Part shown: positions 26,024-34,544 of the stretch, piece by piece
Layout of the letters: every line of letters starts with the position of its first letter
Numbering within the stretch: position 1 is the first letter of the stretch
Source: an uncultured Gammaproteobacteria bacterium
Lineage (GTDB): Bacteria > Patescibacteriota > Patescibacteriia > Magasanikbacterales > GWA2-37-8
Reading direction: 5' to 3'
NCBI GenBank assembly: GCA_964533715.1
Contig: CAZHNI010000003.1
Span: 32,170 to 82,374, forward strand
Length of the DNA stretch: 50,205 nucleotides
The notes under the pieces: generated by a model
Seen by the model: the letters and a program-made list of their open reading frames with translations, nothing else
Databases searched by the model: none
What the model was told of the DNA's origin: nothing
Program-made: the position numbers and the translations under genes

Positions 26024-26052
26024 TTGACAAAACTAGCAATTAGGTTTATACT
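26024..26052 (+). promoter_or_regulatory. Consensus promoter giving a leaderless TrmB-like mRNA
   Basis: TTGACA, 17-nt spacer, TATACT. The ATG at 26061 lies 8 nt after the -10 element. Confidence 0.55.
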
Positions 26053-26060
26053 ACCACTAT

Positions 26061-26807
26061 ATGAACACAGATGCATTACAAAAACTCGGTCTCTCGGAAA
26101 AAGGCGCCAAAATATACCTCGCCGCTCTGTCGCTTGGGGTGGCCTCGCTTCAAGATATTGCCGCCCGCGCCGGAATCAAACGTCCAACCGCTTATCTCCA
26201 CATTGCGGAGTTGGTTGAGGGCGGTTTTATGGAGCGAATTCCCTCTGGCAAAAAAGAATTATTCAAAGCTGCTGACCCGGTCGTCTTGGAAAAACGCGCC
26301 GAGCGAGAATTCCAGGAAATAAAAAATATCATTCCCGAACTAAAAATGTTTCAAAAGGAAGTGGTCGGGCGTCCACAAATATCCATTATGGAGGGGCGCA
26401 AAGCGCTGGAGCAAATTTATAATGAAATTTGCCAGGCTAACAGCATTCGTTTTTGGTCGGACCTAAGTGCGGTGGAAGATTATTCTCAGGAAATGTTTAT
26501 TGAGATTGCCGAAGCCGTAAACAAAAACGAAATTCGCACTCGCGAAATTATTGCCAATACTTCCGAAGCCAAAAAAAGCTCCAAACGTTATGCCGCCACC
26601 GCCGGTAAAACGTACAGCTCGCGCCTTGCGTCGTGCTCGCCAGGAATATTTAACGACAACGCAATTTATAGCGACACGGTGGCCATGTTTCGTATCCATC
26701 ACCATAACTTATTTGTTATTCTCATCAAAGAACCCACCATTGCTGAAACCATGAAAACAATGTTTGATATGGCGTGGGAAAGTGGTATACCGTTTGTGGG
26801 GCGATAG
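26061..26807 (+). CDS. TrmB-like winged-HTH transcriptional regulator (paralogue 2)
   Basis: 'LGLSEKGAKIYLAALSLGVASLQDIAARAGIKRPTAYLHIAELVEGGFM'. Confidence 0.7.
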   Translation: MNTDALQKLGLSEKGAKIYLAALSLGVASLQDIAARAGIKRPTAYLHIAELVEGGFMERIPSGKKELFKAADPVVLEKRAEREFQEIKNIIPELKMFQKEVVGRPQISIMEGRKALEQIYNEICQANSIRFWSDLSAVEDYSQEMFIEIAEAVNKNEIRTREIIANTSEAKKSSKRYAATAGKTYSSRLASCSPGIFNDNAIYSDTVAMFRIHHHNLFVILIKEPTIAETMKTMFDMAWESGIPFVGR

Positions 26808-26969
26808 TATGTAGTTAATTTAGATTAAAAGTAGTTTTTATTTTAACAAAATAAAAACCATCTTTTTATAGAGATGATTTATTGATAAGAGATTTTTCGG
26901 CGCTCGGATGAATTCCGAGCGCCATTGGTTTGAGATTCTGTAGGGTCGCGCCCCCCCGAGGTCGACGAC

Positions 26970-27221
26970 CTACCCGGCGGCCTTCTTCTCCTTCATCTCC
27001 TCGGTGATGATCACGCCATTGATCTCCCCGAAGGGGACATAGGCCACGTCCCGCGTGATGCGGCGCTCGCCGGAGAGGATCTCCATGAGGACGACCGCAT
27101 CATCCGGCGTCTCGCCCTCGACGTCGAGGATCTTGCCGGGGGTCACCCTGTTGCCTCCCCAGTGGATCTCGGCGCATCGTCCGACATTGTTTTTCAAAAC
27201 TCGGAACAGAGCAGGGTACAT
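26970..27221 (-). CDS. High-GC foreign-looking small protein (83 aa), function unknown
   Basis: Canonical SD AAGGAGG lies 4 nt upstream of the ATG. The islet is GC-rich and bounded by AT-rich sequence. Confidence 0.45.
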   Translation of the reverse strand: MYPALFRVLKNNVGRCAEIHWGGNRVTPGKILDVEGETPDDAVVLMEILSGERRITRDVAYVPFGEINGVIITEEMKEKKAAG

Positions 27222-27391
27222 GGGGCCTCCTTATGCATCCCCACCCGGCCATCGGGCAGGAATCATAAAAAAACAGTAACACAAAATGTTAGTAGGGTCA
27301 ATAGTTTAACAAACATAAAACCACTCTTTGTAAGTGGTCTCATGTTTGTTAACCTGCCTACCGACAGGCGGGTTAGTAAAAAATCAAAGGT

Positions 27392-27958
27392 TTATTTTTT
27401 GCAACACTCACCTGCTGGTTTGCCACTCCCACATCCACACATCTCAGATTTTTCCGCGCAACTGCCACCGCACTTCCCGCCGCAGCAAGAGTCACCTTCT
27501 TTACCTTCTTTTTTCTCTCCAGCACAGCAATTATTTGCCGAGACACACATTTTGCAATGGCACTGAGTTTTAACAAGTCTCCATGGGCCGGCACCAACCC
27601 CCATAATGGCCAAACAAGCTCCAAGCAAGCTAGTTGTAAGGAAATATCCGTTAACTGGACCGCCACGGTGCACCGCAAGAATAGCCACAACCATAATTAC
27701 CGCAAGCCAGGTGGCAGCGTATTTGGCAAATACTCCCAAAAGAACCATTAATCCTCCAAGAACTTCTAACCCGCCAACAAAGTAGGCCGTTGCGCTACCC
27801 GGTAGACCAAGTTTGGCACTAAACATACCACTGGCCATTTCGTGTCCAACAAACATTTTGCCGTAACCGGAGTAAATAAAGATAAAGGCCAACGCCAATC
27901 TAAGCCCCAAAAGGCCAGCTGCCTTCATTGTTTTGTGTGCGCATGTTGTTTTGCACAT
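27392..27958 (-). CDS. DoxX-family membrane protein with a metallothionein-like Cys-rich C-terminal tail
   Basis: DoxX-like 'LLGLRLALAFIFIYSGYGKM' and 4 TM helices. Tail 'CHCKMCVSANNCCAGEKKEGKEGDSCCGGKCGGSCAEKSEMCGCGSGKPAGECCKK'. An alternative start is ATG 27928. Confidence 0.65.
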   Translation of the reverse strand: MCKTTCAHKTMKAAGLLGLRLALAFIFIYSGYGKMFVGHEMASGMFSAKLGLPGSATAYFVGGLEVLGGLMVLLGVFAKYAATWLAVIMVVAILAVHRGGPVNGYFLTTSLLGACLAIMGVGAGPWRLVKTQCHCKMCVSANNCCAGEKKEGKEGDSCCGGKCGGSCAEKSEMCGCGSGKPAGECCKK

Positions 27959-27964
27959 AGAGTG

Positions 27965-28036
27965 TTGTTATTAATTAACAATTAACAACCAGCAACTAAC
28001 AATTTAATTTGTTACTTGTTTATTGTTATTTGTTGA
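27965..28036. repeat. Heptad-periodic degenerate repeat forming an imperfect palindrome (ATTAACA-type words and their complement)
   Basis: 'attaaca attaaca accagca actaaca atttaat' followed by 'ttgttac ttgttta ttgttat ttgttga'. The right arm encodes the C-terminus of NDH-2. Confidence 0.6.
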
Positions 28037-29307
28037 TTATTCTTTGGCCCATGTTCAAACCCCCGTTCAATGGCAATTGTATAACTGAAACCAAAAAGTC
28101 GCAAGGTCCAGTCTATCACAATTCGGAGTTTGCGTAAAACGCCGGGGACAAAAGCTACGTATACGGTGCGGCGAAGCCACCAAACAACAATTCCACTAAA
28201 AACCTTACCACCAAATACCCCTACTCCGTACCGCTCACCAATGGGCATAAGGCTGCCCCTAGAAATAAACTTAAAAGGTTGTAGTACCTTGCCCTGGATG
28301 GAAGCCACAATGTGTTTGGCCACATAATGTCCCTCATGGTAGGCGGCTTCCCCAAGTTGTGGTACCGGTTTGGTTTCGCCTGGGTTGCAAATAAGGGCTA
28401 TATCCCCAATGGCATAGAGATGGGAATCGTTGATGTGCTGTAAATAGTTGTTGGTGGGGATTCTACGATCGGTTGTGCAAAAATTCATATCTAAAAAACA
28501 ATCGGCAATATTGCCAAACCCGGCACACCACATGGTAAAGTCGCTTGGCAAAGTTTCGGTTTCGGTGGTTAAAGAAGTTTCCGTAACCGATTTTACGCGA
28601 GTATTAAATAAAATTTCTACACCCATTTTTTTAAGTCGGCGGACAATTTTTTGTTGGGCTTTTGGTGGTAATTGTGGTACCACCGTACCAACAGTTTGAA
28701 TGAGACGAATGGCAATTTTTTTATCGGGGTACAGGGCGCGCAAATCATGGTTAACGAAATGTTGTAATTGACCGGCTACCTCAACGCCCGTATACCCGCC
28801 ACCAACAATCGAGAGGTTAAAAGAATTTTGTTTGTTATTTTCAAGAGCTTCAATTAATCGATGCCGAAAAATCATTGCCCCCGCCAAGGTTCGCACATGA
28901 AAGGAAAATTGCTCTGCCCCCGACGTACCATAAAAATTGGTGGAACTACCCATGGCGACCACGCAGTAATCATAAGCAATCATTCCTGCACTTGTCATCA
29001 CCAGCCTCTTTTTTGGGTCAATGGATGTAACACTGGCTTTCAAAAATTTGTGTGGCGTGTTATAGACCAGTTCTCGTAGCGGAAGCGACGCGTGTGTTGG
29101 CTCCACCGCCCCGGCGGCCACTTCATGGTTGAGCGGTGTAAACGAAAAATAGTTATTTTGATCAACCAAAACAATTCGTTTACCCAGCCGATGGCGCTTA
29201 ATAAGCTTGTTCAGCCCGCGAAAGGCCTCATAGCCACCAATTCCGGCACCGAGAATGACGATGTCCGTTTTAAAGTCTGGAGTCATAGTAGAACCATTAT
29301 AATCCAA
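28012..29307 (-). CDS. ndh: Type II NADH dehydrogenase (NDH-2 family FAD-dependent oxidoreductase)
   Basis: Two Rossmann motifs 'IVILGAGIGGYE' and 'LSIVGGGYTGVE', plus 'YAIGD'. An alternative start is ATG 29286. Confidence 0.85.
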   Translation of the reverse strand: MDYNGSTMTPDFKTDIVILGAGIGGYEAFRGLNKLIKRHRLGKRIVLVDQNNYFSFTPLNHEVAAGAVEPTHASLPLRELVYNTPHKFLKASVTSIDPKKRLVMTSAGMIAYDYCVVAMGSSTNFYGTSGAEQFSFHVRTLAGAMIFRHRLIEALENNKQNSFNLSIVGGGYTGVEVAGQLQHFVNHDLRALYPDKKIAIRLIQTVGTVVPQLPPKAQQKIVRRLKKMGVEILFNTRVKSVTETSLTTETETLPSDFTMWCAGFGNIADCFLDMNFCTTDRRIPTNNYLQHINDSHLYAIGDIALICNPGETKPVPQLGEAAYHEGHYVAKHIVASIQGKVLQPFKFISRGSLMPIGERYGVGVFGGKVFSGIVVWWLRRTVYVAFVPGVLRKLRIVIDWTLRLFGFSYTIAIERGFEHGPKNNQQITINK

Positions 29308-29363
29308 ACATAAGTAATAAACAACCCAGTCGCGGCCGGGCGTGGTAGGCCGCTAAACCGCTG

Positions 29364-29396
29364 TATAAAACAAAACCCGCTGTTTTAAAGCGGGTT
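29364..29396 (-). terminator. Rho-independent terminator after the coiled-coil gene
   Basis: Minus-strand stem aacccgct/agcgggtt followed by TTTTGTTTT. Confidence 0.6.
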
Positions 29397-29419
29397 ATTA
29401 AGGCAGAGTTATTTAGAAA

Positions 29420-29971
29420 TTATTTTAAGAAATTTCGTCTGCTCTCGCGCTCGCGTTCTATTTCTTTTAAGGCCCCAATTCTTTTATCAACATCTCTTAA
29501 TGATCTTAAAAGTTCTGTTTTCTGCTCTTCTAAAAACTTTTTTTCTTCAACCAATCTTGCCCTGTCCTCCCCTGGTTCATCAAGATCAAAACTTATTAGA
29601 GTAAGTCTACGATTAATTTCTTCCAAACTACCCTCAATTTGTTTTTTTTCTGCTTCAAGCTTGGCTGCAGCGCTTTCTGCTCTGGCGGCCACGGCGCTAC
29701 GAGTCTTGGTAATGTCGGCATCTTCATACATTGCCCCGATCTCTCTATCTTTTCTTCTAAAATCCTCCAGTGCTTCTTTATTAGCCCGGATGGCATCATT
29801 TAGGGCCAAGGCTCTTGTGCGGTCGCCTGGGCTAAGAGTTAGATTTCTAAGATGGATATCTAAAAGTTGTATATTAGCAGCTGCTTCTTCAGCGGAGCTA
29901 GGTGTAGTTAGGCCTCCAACACTTTGCTGGTTGGTCGACTCACCACCTTTAAAAATAATTTCGTCGCTCAT
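29420..29971 (-). CDS. Hypothetical coiled-coil protein
   Basis: 183 aa rich in E/K/R/A/L heptad-like sequence. No enzymatic motif. Confidence 0.5.
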   Translation of the reverse strand: MSDEIIFKGGESTNQQSVGGLTTPSSAEEAAANIQLLDIHLRNLTLSPGDRTRALALNDAIRANKEALEDFRRKDREIGAMYEDADITKTRSAVAARAESAAAKLEAEKKQIEGSLEEINRRLTLISFDLDEPGEDRARLVEEKKFLEEQKTELLRSLRDVDKRIGALKEIERERESRRNFLK

Positions 29972-30085
29972 AATTTTTAGCTAAAAATAAATAAAATCTA
30001 ATAAATATGGTAAAAGGTTCCAAAATTTTTGTCAAATTAAGATAAGTAAGTTACAATATGGCGCAGCCAGGCAAACATACAAGCT

Positions 30086-31048
30086 ATGATTTTATTTCTC
30101 TACGGACCCGACACGTTCCGCAGCCACAAGTATCTGCGCCAGTCGGTAGAACAATTTAAAAAAACCCGCGACCCGCACGGTTACAATGTGGTTTTTTTGG
30201 ATGGTAAAAAAGAGGAATTGGGGAAAATACTTACGGAAATTTCGAGTACGCCTTTTTTGGCGGAACGACGAATGATTATTATCGAAAATATTTTATCAAA
30301 TGGAGATAAAGAATTGCTCCAAGAAGTAATTATTCGAGTACAGGCTAAAAAAGTGCCCGAAAGTAATATTATTATATTTTGGCAGGGTGAGGCTTTAAGT
30401 AAAGTAAAAGAAGCCAAGGAGCTTCAGGCGCTACTTACCAAAGAAAAATATGCTCAGGAATTTTCTTTACTCGTAGGCAGTCCTCTTGAAGGCTGGATCC
30501 AAGGAGAGGTTTCCGCTCGCGGCGGCTCAATATCGCCGGAAGCAACTCATTTTCTCGCCCAAAACAGCGGTACCGATATGTGGCGGTTAAATTCATTGCT
30601 TGACCAATTGGTGTCGTATAAAAAAGGTACAACCATTGAGCTTGCTGACGTACAACTGTTTCTCGACGAAAAAATTGACGACAATATTTTTAACATGGTA
30701 GACGCTATTGTTCAAGGCAACCGCAAGTTGGCGTTTAAGCTATTAAACGAGCAACGTCGTTTAGGGGAAGACGAGCCAAAAATTTTTGGCTTGGTGGTGT
30801 GGCAGTTCCGTATTCTCCTCCAAATGGCCGACTTACTAGAGCGAGAAGGCAATATGCCAAGCGATATTTTGGCCAAAAAAATTGGCATTCATCCATTTGT
30901 GGCTAAAAAAAATTTAGCCGCAGCTCGCCGTTTGCCGCTTGCTCGTCTTCAGGCCATTTTTCAGTCATTGCTCGACATCGATATTAAAACAAAAACTGGT
31001 CAGGGCGACCAGTCATTGCTGTTGGATTTGTTTGTTTCGCGAATTTAG
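30086..31048 (+). CDS. holA: DNA polymerase III delta subunit
   Basis: 'ILFLYGPDTF...' N-terminus, about 320 aa, and C-terminal 'LLDIDIKTKTG' typical of HolA. Confidence 0.75.
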   Translation: MILFLYGPDTFRSHKYLRQSVEQFKKTRDPHGYNVVFLDGKKEELGKILTEISSTPFLAERRMIIIENILSNGDKELLQEVIIRVQAKKVPESNIIIFWQGEALSKVKEAKELQALLTKEKYAQEFSLLVGSPLEGWIQGEVSARGGSISPEATHFLAQNSGTDMWRLNSLLDQLVSYKKGTTIELADVQLFLDEKIDDNIFNMVDAIVQGNRKLAFKLLNEQRRLGEDEPKIFGLVVWQFRILLQMADLLEREGNMPSDILAKKIGIHPFVAKKNLAAARRLPLARLQAIFQSLLDIDIKTKTGQGDQSLLLDLFVSRI

Positions 31049-32139
31049 CTCGCCTTAGAATACCTGCCCGCAATTCGCGCCATCTCTTCCCGCAACTCTT
31101 CAATTCTTCGCTTATCTATTTTTTTTTGCTTTCTCTCTTGTTCGGTCCGGGCTTTTTTTCTGTCAATTATAGATGTAATTCTGCCGGTGGGCCGTGACAG
31201 TTCGTTTAGCGTGGACGATCGTTCCAAAGATGCCTCGTCTATATTGTGTTTCTTTAGCAGCGCGGCCATATTGCCGGCCGACACAATACGATCGCTACCG
31301 GCCACTAGTTTAGGAACAAATTTTAATTGTTTGGCCCGATTCCCCGCTTTATCGGCCCGGGCTTTGTAGTGCGCCAGGTCCTTGGTATCGCGGTCAATTT
31401 TTACAATTACATCAAGCCCCGCACTACCAGTAAGGTGCCCTGTGGGGTTGATAGTTTTGTCAACCGGAATTTCTTCAATAAGGCGCAAAGTACGCTGGAC
31501 AATTTTTTGGGCTGTCTCCTCTAGCGACATTGATTTTTCATGAACCTTTCCTCGTTTGTCGGTAACTAGCTCAACGGCTGGCTTTACGTTGGTTAGAATA
31601 AACAAAAACTCATCACCACCCACACGGGCAATAATATCGGATGGGCGCAGCTGCTTAAACGCCTCACGCAGCTTTTCCGTAACTGCGAGCAACTTTTCGT
31701 CGCCGCCGGCATGGCCTAATTTTTCATTAATATCTTTGAATCCATCCAAATCTAGGTGGACAATTACTGTCGCACCATCATAAGGTCTCTTCTCACGAAT
31801 TGTGTTAAAAATTGACTCAGCGGTTTTGCGATTAGCCAACCCGGTGAGGTAGTCGTGCTCTGATTCGTCTTTTAGTGCCTGTTTGTCAATCTGCGATTCG
31901 GCAAGTGAAATAAGAAAACCAGGATCATTCTTTTCTATTTTAGAAAGCATTTTTTTATAAGCCTCAGATTTTTTTTCTTTCTCAGTTGGTTCCGCACCGT
32001 GTTTTTTAAACCATTGCCGGGCGGTTTCGCCATCCAACAGGTCCTCGTACACGTATTGAATTTGCGTCTCACGTTCCAGCTCACCAAATTCACCGGCCTC
32101 AATCGGCTGAATATAACCATTTCTTCGTCTTCCATCCAT
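31045..32139 (-). CDS. GGDEF-domain diguanylate cyclase with a basic coiled C-terminal tail
   Basis: 'YLTGLANRK', 'DLDGFKDINEKLGHAGGD', active-site 'GGDEF', and an I-site 'RPSD' 5 residues upstream. Overlaps the holA 3' end by 4 nt (convergent). Confidence 0.8.
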   Translation of the reverse strand: MDGRRRNGYIQPIEAGEFGELERETQIQYVYEDLLDGETARQWFKKHGAEPTEKEKKSEAYKKMLSKIEKNDPGFLISLAESQIDKQALKDESEHDYLTGLANRKTAESIFNTIREKRPYDGATVIVHLDLDGFKDINEKLGHAGGDEKLLAVTEKLREAFKQLRPSDIIARVGGDEFLFILTNVKPAVELVTDKRGKVHEKSMSLEETAQKIVQRTLRLIEEIPVDKTINPTGHLTGSAGLDVIVKIDRDTKDLAHYKARADKAGNRAKQLKFVPKLVAGSDRIVSAGNMAALLKKHNIDEASLERSSTLNELSRPTGRITSIIDRKKARTEQERKQKKIDKRRIEELREEMARIAGRYSKAS

Positions 32140-32199
32140 ATAATTTTAATAAAAAACATCCTAGAAATTAATTCTAGGATGTAGTATGAACCATTTTAA

Positions 32200-32457
32200 T
32201 TATTTTTTCAAGGCGTGCACTTTTTTCATAAGGCGGGACAATTTTCTCGCTGCTGTATTTTTTTTAATCGTCCCTACTTTGGCAGCCTTATCCAAGGCTT
32301 TTTGGGCTTGAATTACGAGTTTCATGGCTTCTTCTACGGTTTTGGCTTTTAGTACTTTTTTAAGAGCACCCTTAAAAGCTTCTTTGCGAGCCAGGTTGGC
32401 CACTGCATTTTTTTTGCTTTGGCGGAGAGCCTTGCGTCCGGCAGATTTATTTGGCAT
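32200..32457 (-). CDS. rpsT: 30S ribosomal protein S20
   Basis: 'MPNKSAGRKALRQSKKNAVANLARKEAFKGALKK' is S20-like. I chose the start at ATG 32457. Confidence 0.85.
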   Translation of the reverse strand: MPNKSAGRKALRQSKKNAVANLARKEAFKGALKKVLKAKTVEEAMKLVIQAQKALDKAAKVGTIKKNTAARKLSRLMKKVHALKK

Positions 32458-32566
32458 ATCAAAATTAACAAGTAACAATTAACAAAATATAATTGAGAGC
32501 TTCTCCAATCGGTTCGTGGCCGATTGTGTTGGAGTGACGTTAGTTTAACAAAAAGAAGTGGAAAAG

Positions 32567-32836
32567 TCAAGTGTCGGTAGTCTTTTTTGTGTATGTCATC
32601 CTCTGTAAACACAACAAAAACCAAGCAACACCAGTAAAAAATGACATAGCCGCGGAAAAGTATAGGTGGAGCGTAAGATATACACCAGTAATTACAAACA
32701 AACCCAAGAATGTTGGTACCGATGTTTGATAGCGAATCGGCCCGATTTTTTCTTTAAACCCTTGGTAAATTTGGGGGACAAGCGAAAGCGAAAAAATGAT
32801 GCTGACGATTGTTAAAACCATGTCTTGCCACAGCAT
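32567..32836 (-). CDS. Three-TM PQ-loop (SemiSWEET-like) small membrane protein
   Basis: 89 aa, 3 TM helices, and a 'LVPQIYQGFKEK' PQ motif after TM1. Confidence 0.45.
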   Translation of the reverse strand: MLWQDMVLTIVSIIFSLSLVPQIYQGFKEKIGPIRYQTSVPTFLGLFVITGVYLTLHLYFSAAMSFFTGVAWFLLCLQRMTYTKKTTDT

Positions 32837-32848
32837 AGATCATTTAAA

Positions 32849-33964
32849 TTATTGTTCTATTAAATTAGGTTTTTCAATTAGTAATGGTTCAATTTGTTTT
32901 TCCCCATCAGTAATTCGCATTACATCTTTATCAATTTTATTAAATTCTTTATATACCGCATTATAGCTGTTTACCGTGGTGGATAAATTATTTCCCAGCT
33001 TTTTAAGGTATTCATCGTACGCCAGCAAATGCTTGCCAAGCTCTTCCACGCGCTGGCGAATTTCTTTAGCGGACTCTTCAATTTTCATGGCGCGGAGGCC
33101 CTGCAAAACGGTTTGCAAATAAGCCAAAAACGAGGTCGGTGACACGATAATTACATGTTTCTCTTTAAACGCGTATTCAATTAAATCATGCGTATTAATT
33201 TTTACCGCCCCCACTTTGTTAATTAATAAATCGTAATAAATTCCCTCCGCCGGAATAAACATAAAAGCAAAATCCATGGTATTTTCTTTGGGTTTTATAT
33301 ATTTGCTGGTTTCGTCAATTCTATTTTTCAAATCGCGTTTGAAGGCCGCCTCAAATTCCGCTTTCCTATCAGGATCTTTTTCTTCCACCACGCGGTTATA
33401 ATTTTCCAAACTAAATTTACTATCCACCGGAATCACTTTATCTTTTACAAACACCGCCGCGTCCACAATATCGCCGTCGCTAAATTTGTACTGCATTTGG
33501 TAGCCGCCGGGCGGTAACACATTTTTTAAAACATTCTCCAAATAATATTCGCCCAGTATGCCGCGGTGTTTGGGGTTTTGAAGCGTTTGTTGCAGGCTAT
33601 CCAATTGTTCCGCAAATCCCACCACCTGTTTGTTCGTTTCGTCCAGCTTGGTAAGTTTTTCCGTCACGTCCGTAATCAGTTTGGTGCTTTGGCCAAACTG
33701 CGCCTGAATAGTTTTGTGTAAGTTATTCTGTGTGTCCGCCATCGCTTTGTTGGTGTCCGTAATTTTTTGGTCTACTAGTTTTTGCAGTTCCAAATTAGAC
33801 CGTGACAGTTCCTGCATTTGGTTCTGGAGCATCAAAAACAAATTTTGGTCGCCCTCTTTGGGCTTATTCGCCTCTCCAATTTTTTTGTAAATAAAAAATA
33901 AGGCCACCAAAATGCCCAGGAAAAATATAATGGCGATGAGTAGTAATATAGAAGCAAATTGCAT
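32849..33964 (-). CDS. rmuC: DNA recombination protein RmuC
   Basis: N-terminal TM, a long coiled coil, and a C-terminal nuclease-like 'FAFMFIPAEGIYYDL...VIIVSPTSFLAYL'. Confidence 0.85.
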   Translation of the reverse strand: MQFASILLLIAIIFFLGILVALFFIYKKIGEANKPKEGDQNLFLMLQNQMQELSRSNLELQKLVDQKITDTNKAMADTQNNLHKTIQAQFGQSTKLITDVTEKLTKLDETNKQVVGFAEQLDSLQQTLQNPKHRGILGEYYLENVLKNVLPPGGYQMQYKFSDGDIVDAAVFVKDKVIPVDSKFSLENYNRVVEEKDPDRKAEFEAAFKRDLKNRIDETSKYIKPKENTMDFAFMFIPAEGIYYDLLINKVGAVKINTHDLIEYAFKEKHVIIVSPTSFLAYLQTVLQGLRAMKIEESAKEIRQRVEELGKHLLAYDEYLKKLGNNLSTTVNSYNAVYKEFNKIDKDVMRITDGEKQIEPLLIEKPNLIEQ

Positions 33965-34012
33965 AGCTCGCCTATTGTAACACTACTTTGGAAAAATGTC
34001 ATTAGGAATTTT

Positions 34013-34513
34013 TTAGTCAGAAATCAAAAAGCTTTTAATAATTTTCTCAAAAACTATTGAATTAAAATTATCATCAAATAAAGCCATATCATAAATAACT
34101 TTTTTGTTTTCAAGTCTATACCTCGGGTATTCATTGGTTTTGGATAGCCACGGATAAACAACAGAATATTTTTTGCCTGCGACGCCATTAATTACAATGG
34201 GCTGTTCCTTAATAATTTGGTTTTCTCCAGGGTTGGTTGGCAGGTCTAGCACCCCGCCATTATCCCACGCTATTATCATTTCAGACAAGGTTGTGGTGGT
34301 AGAATCCATTCTTATTATTTTAAGCCCGTCCTTTGTTTCATATGCCACGCCGTATCCTTTGGGCAATAAAAAGGAAAATCCTTGTTTGCTATAGTAGCGT
34401 TGGGCAACTTCTGGGCTAGACAAAAAGCTCTTTTGTTGTTGAAAAAAATACAGACCTCCCACCGCCACAACAAATATGATAAGCGACATTAGCAACAATT
34501 TTTTTGTTTGCAT
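34013..34513 (-). CDS. Hypothetical membrane-anchored/secreted protein
   Basis: N-terminal TM/signal 'LLLMSLIIFVVAVGGLYFF'. No motif recognised. Confidence 0.5.
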   Translation of the reverse strand: MQTKKLLLMSLIIFVVAVGGLYFFQQQKSFLSSPEVAQRYYSKQGFSFLLPKGYGVAYETKDGLKIIRMDSTTTTLSEMIIAWDNGGVLDLPTNPGENQIIKEQPIVINGVAGKKYSVVYPWLSKTNEYPRYRLENKKVIYDMALFDDNFNSIVFEKIIKSFLISD

Positions 34514-34544
34514 AGCATAAATTAAACTTATAAAAATAGCGCCG

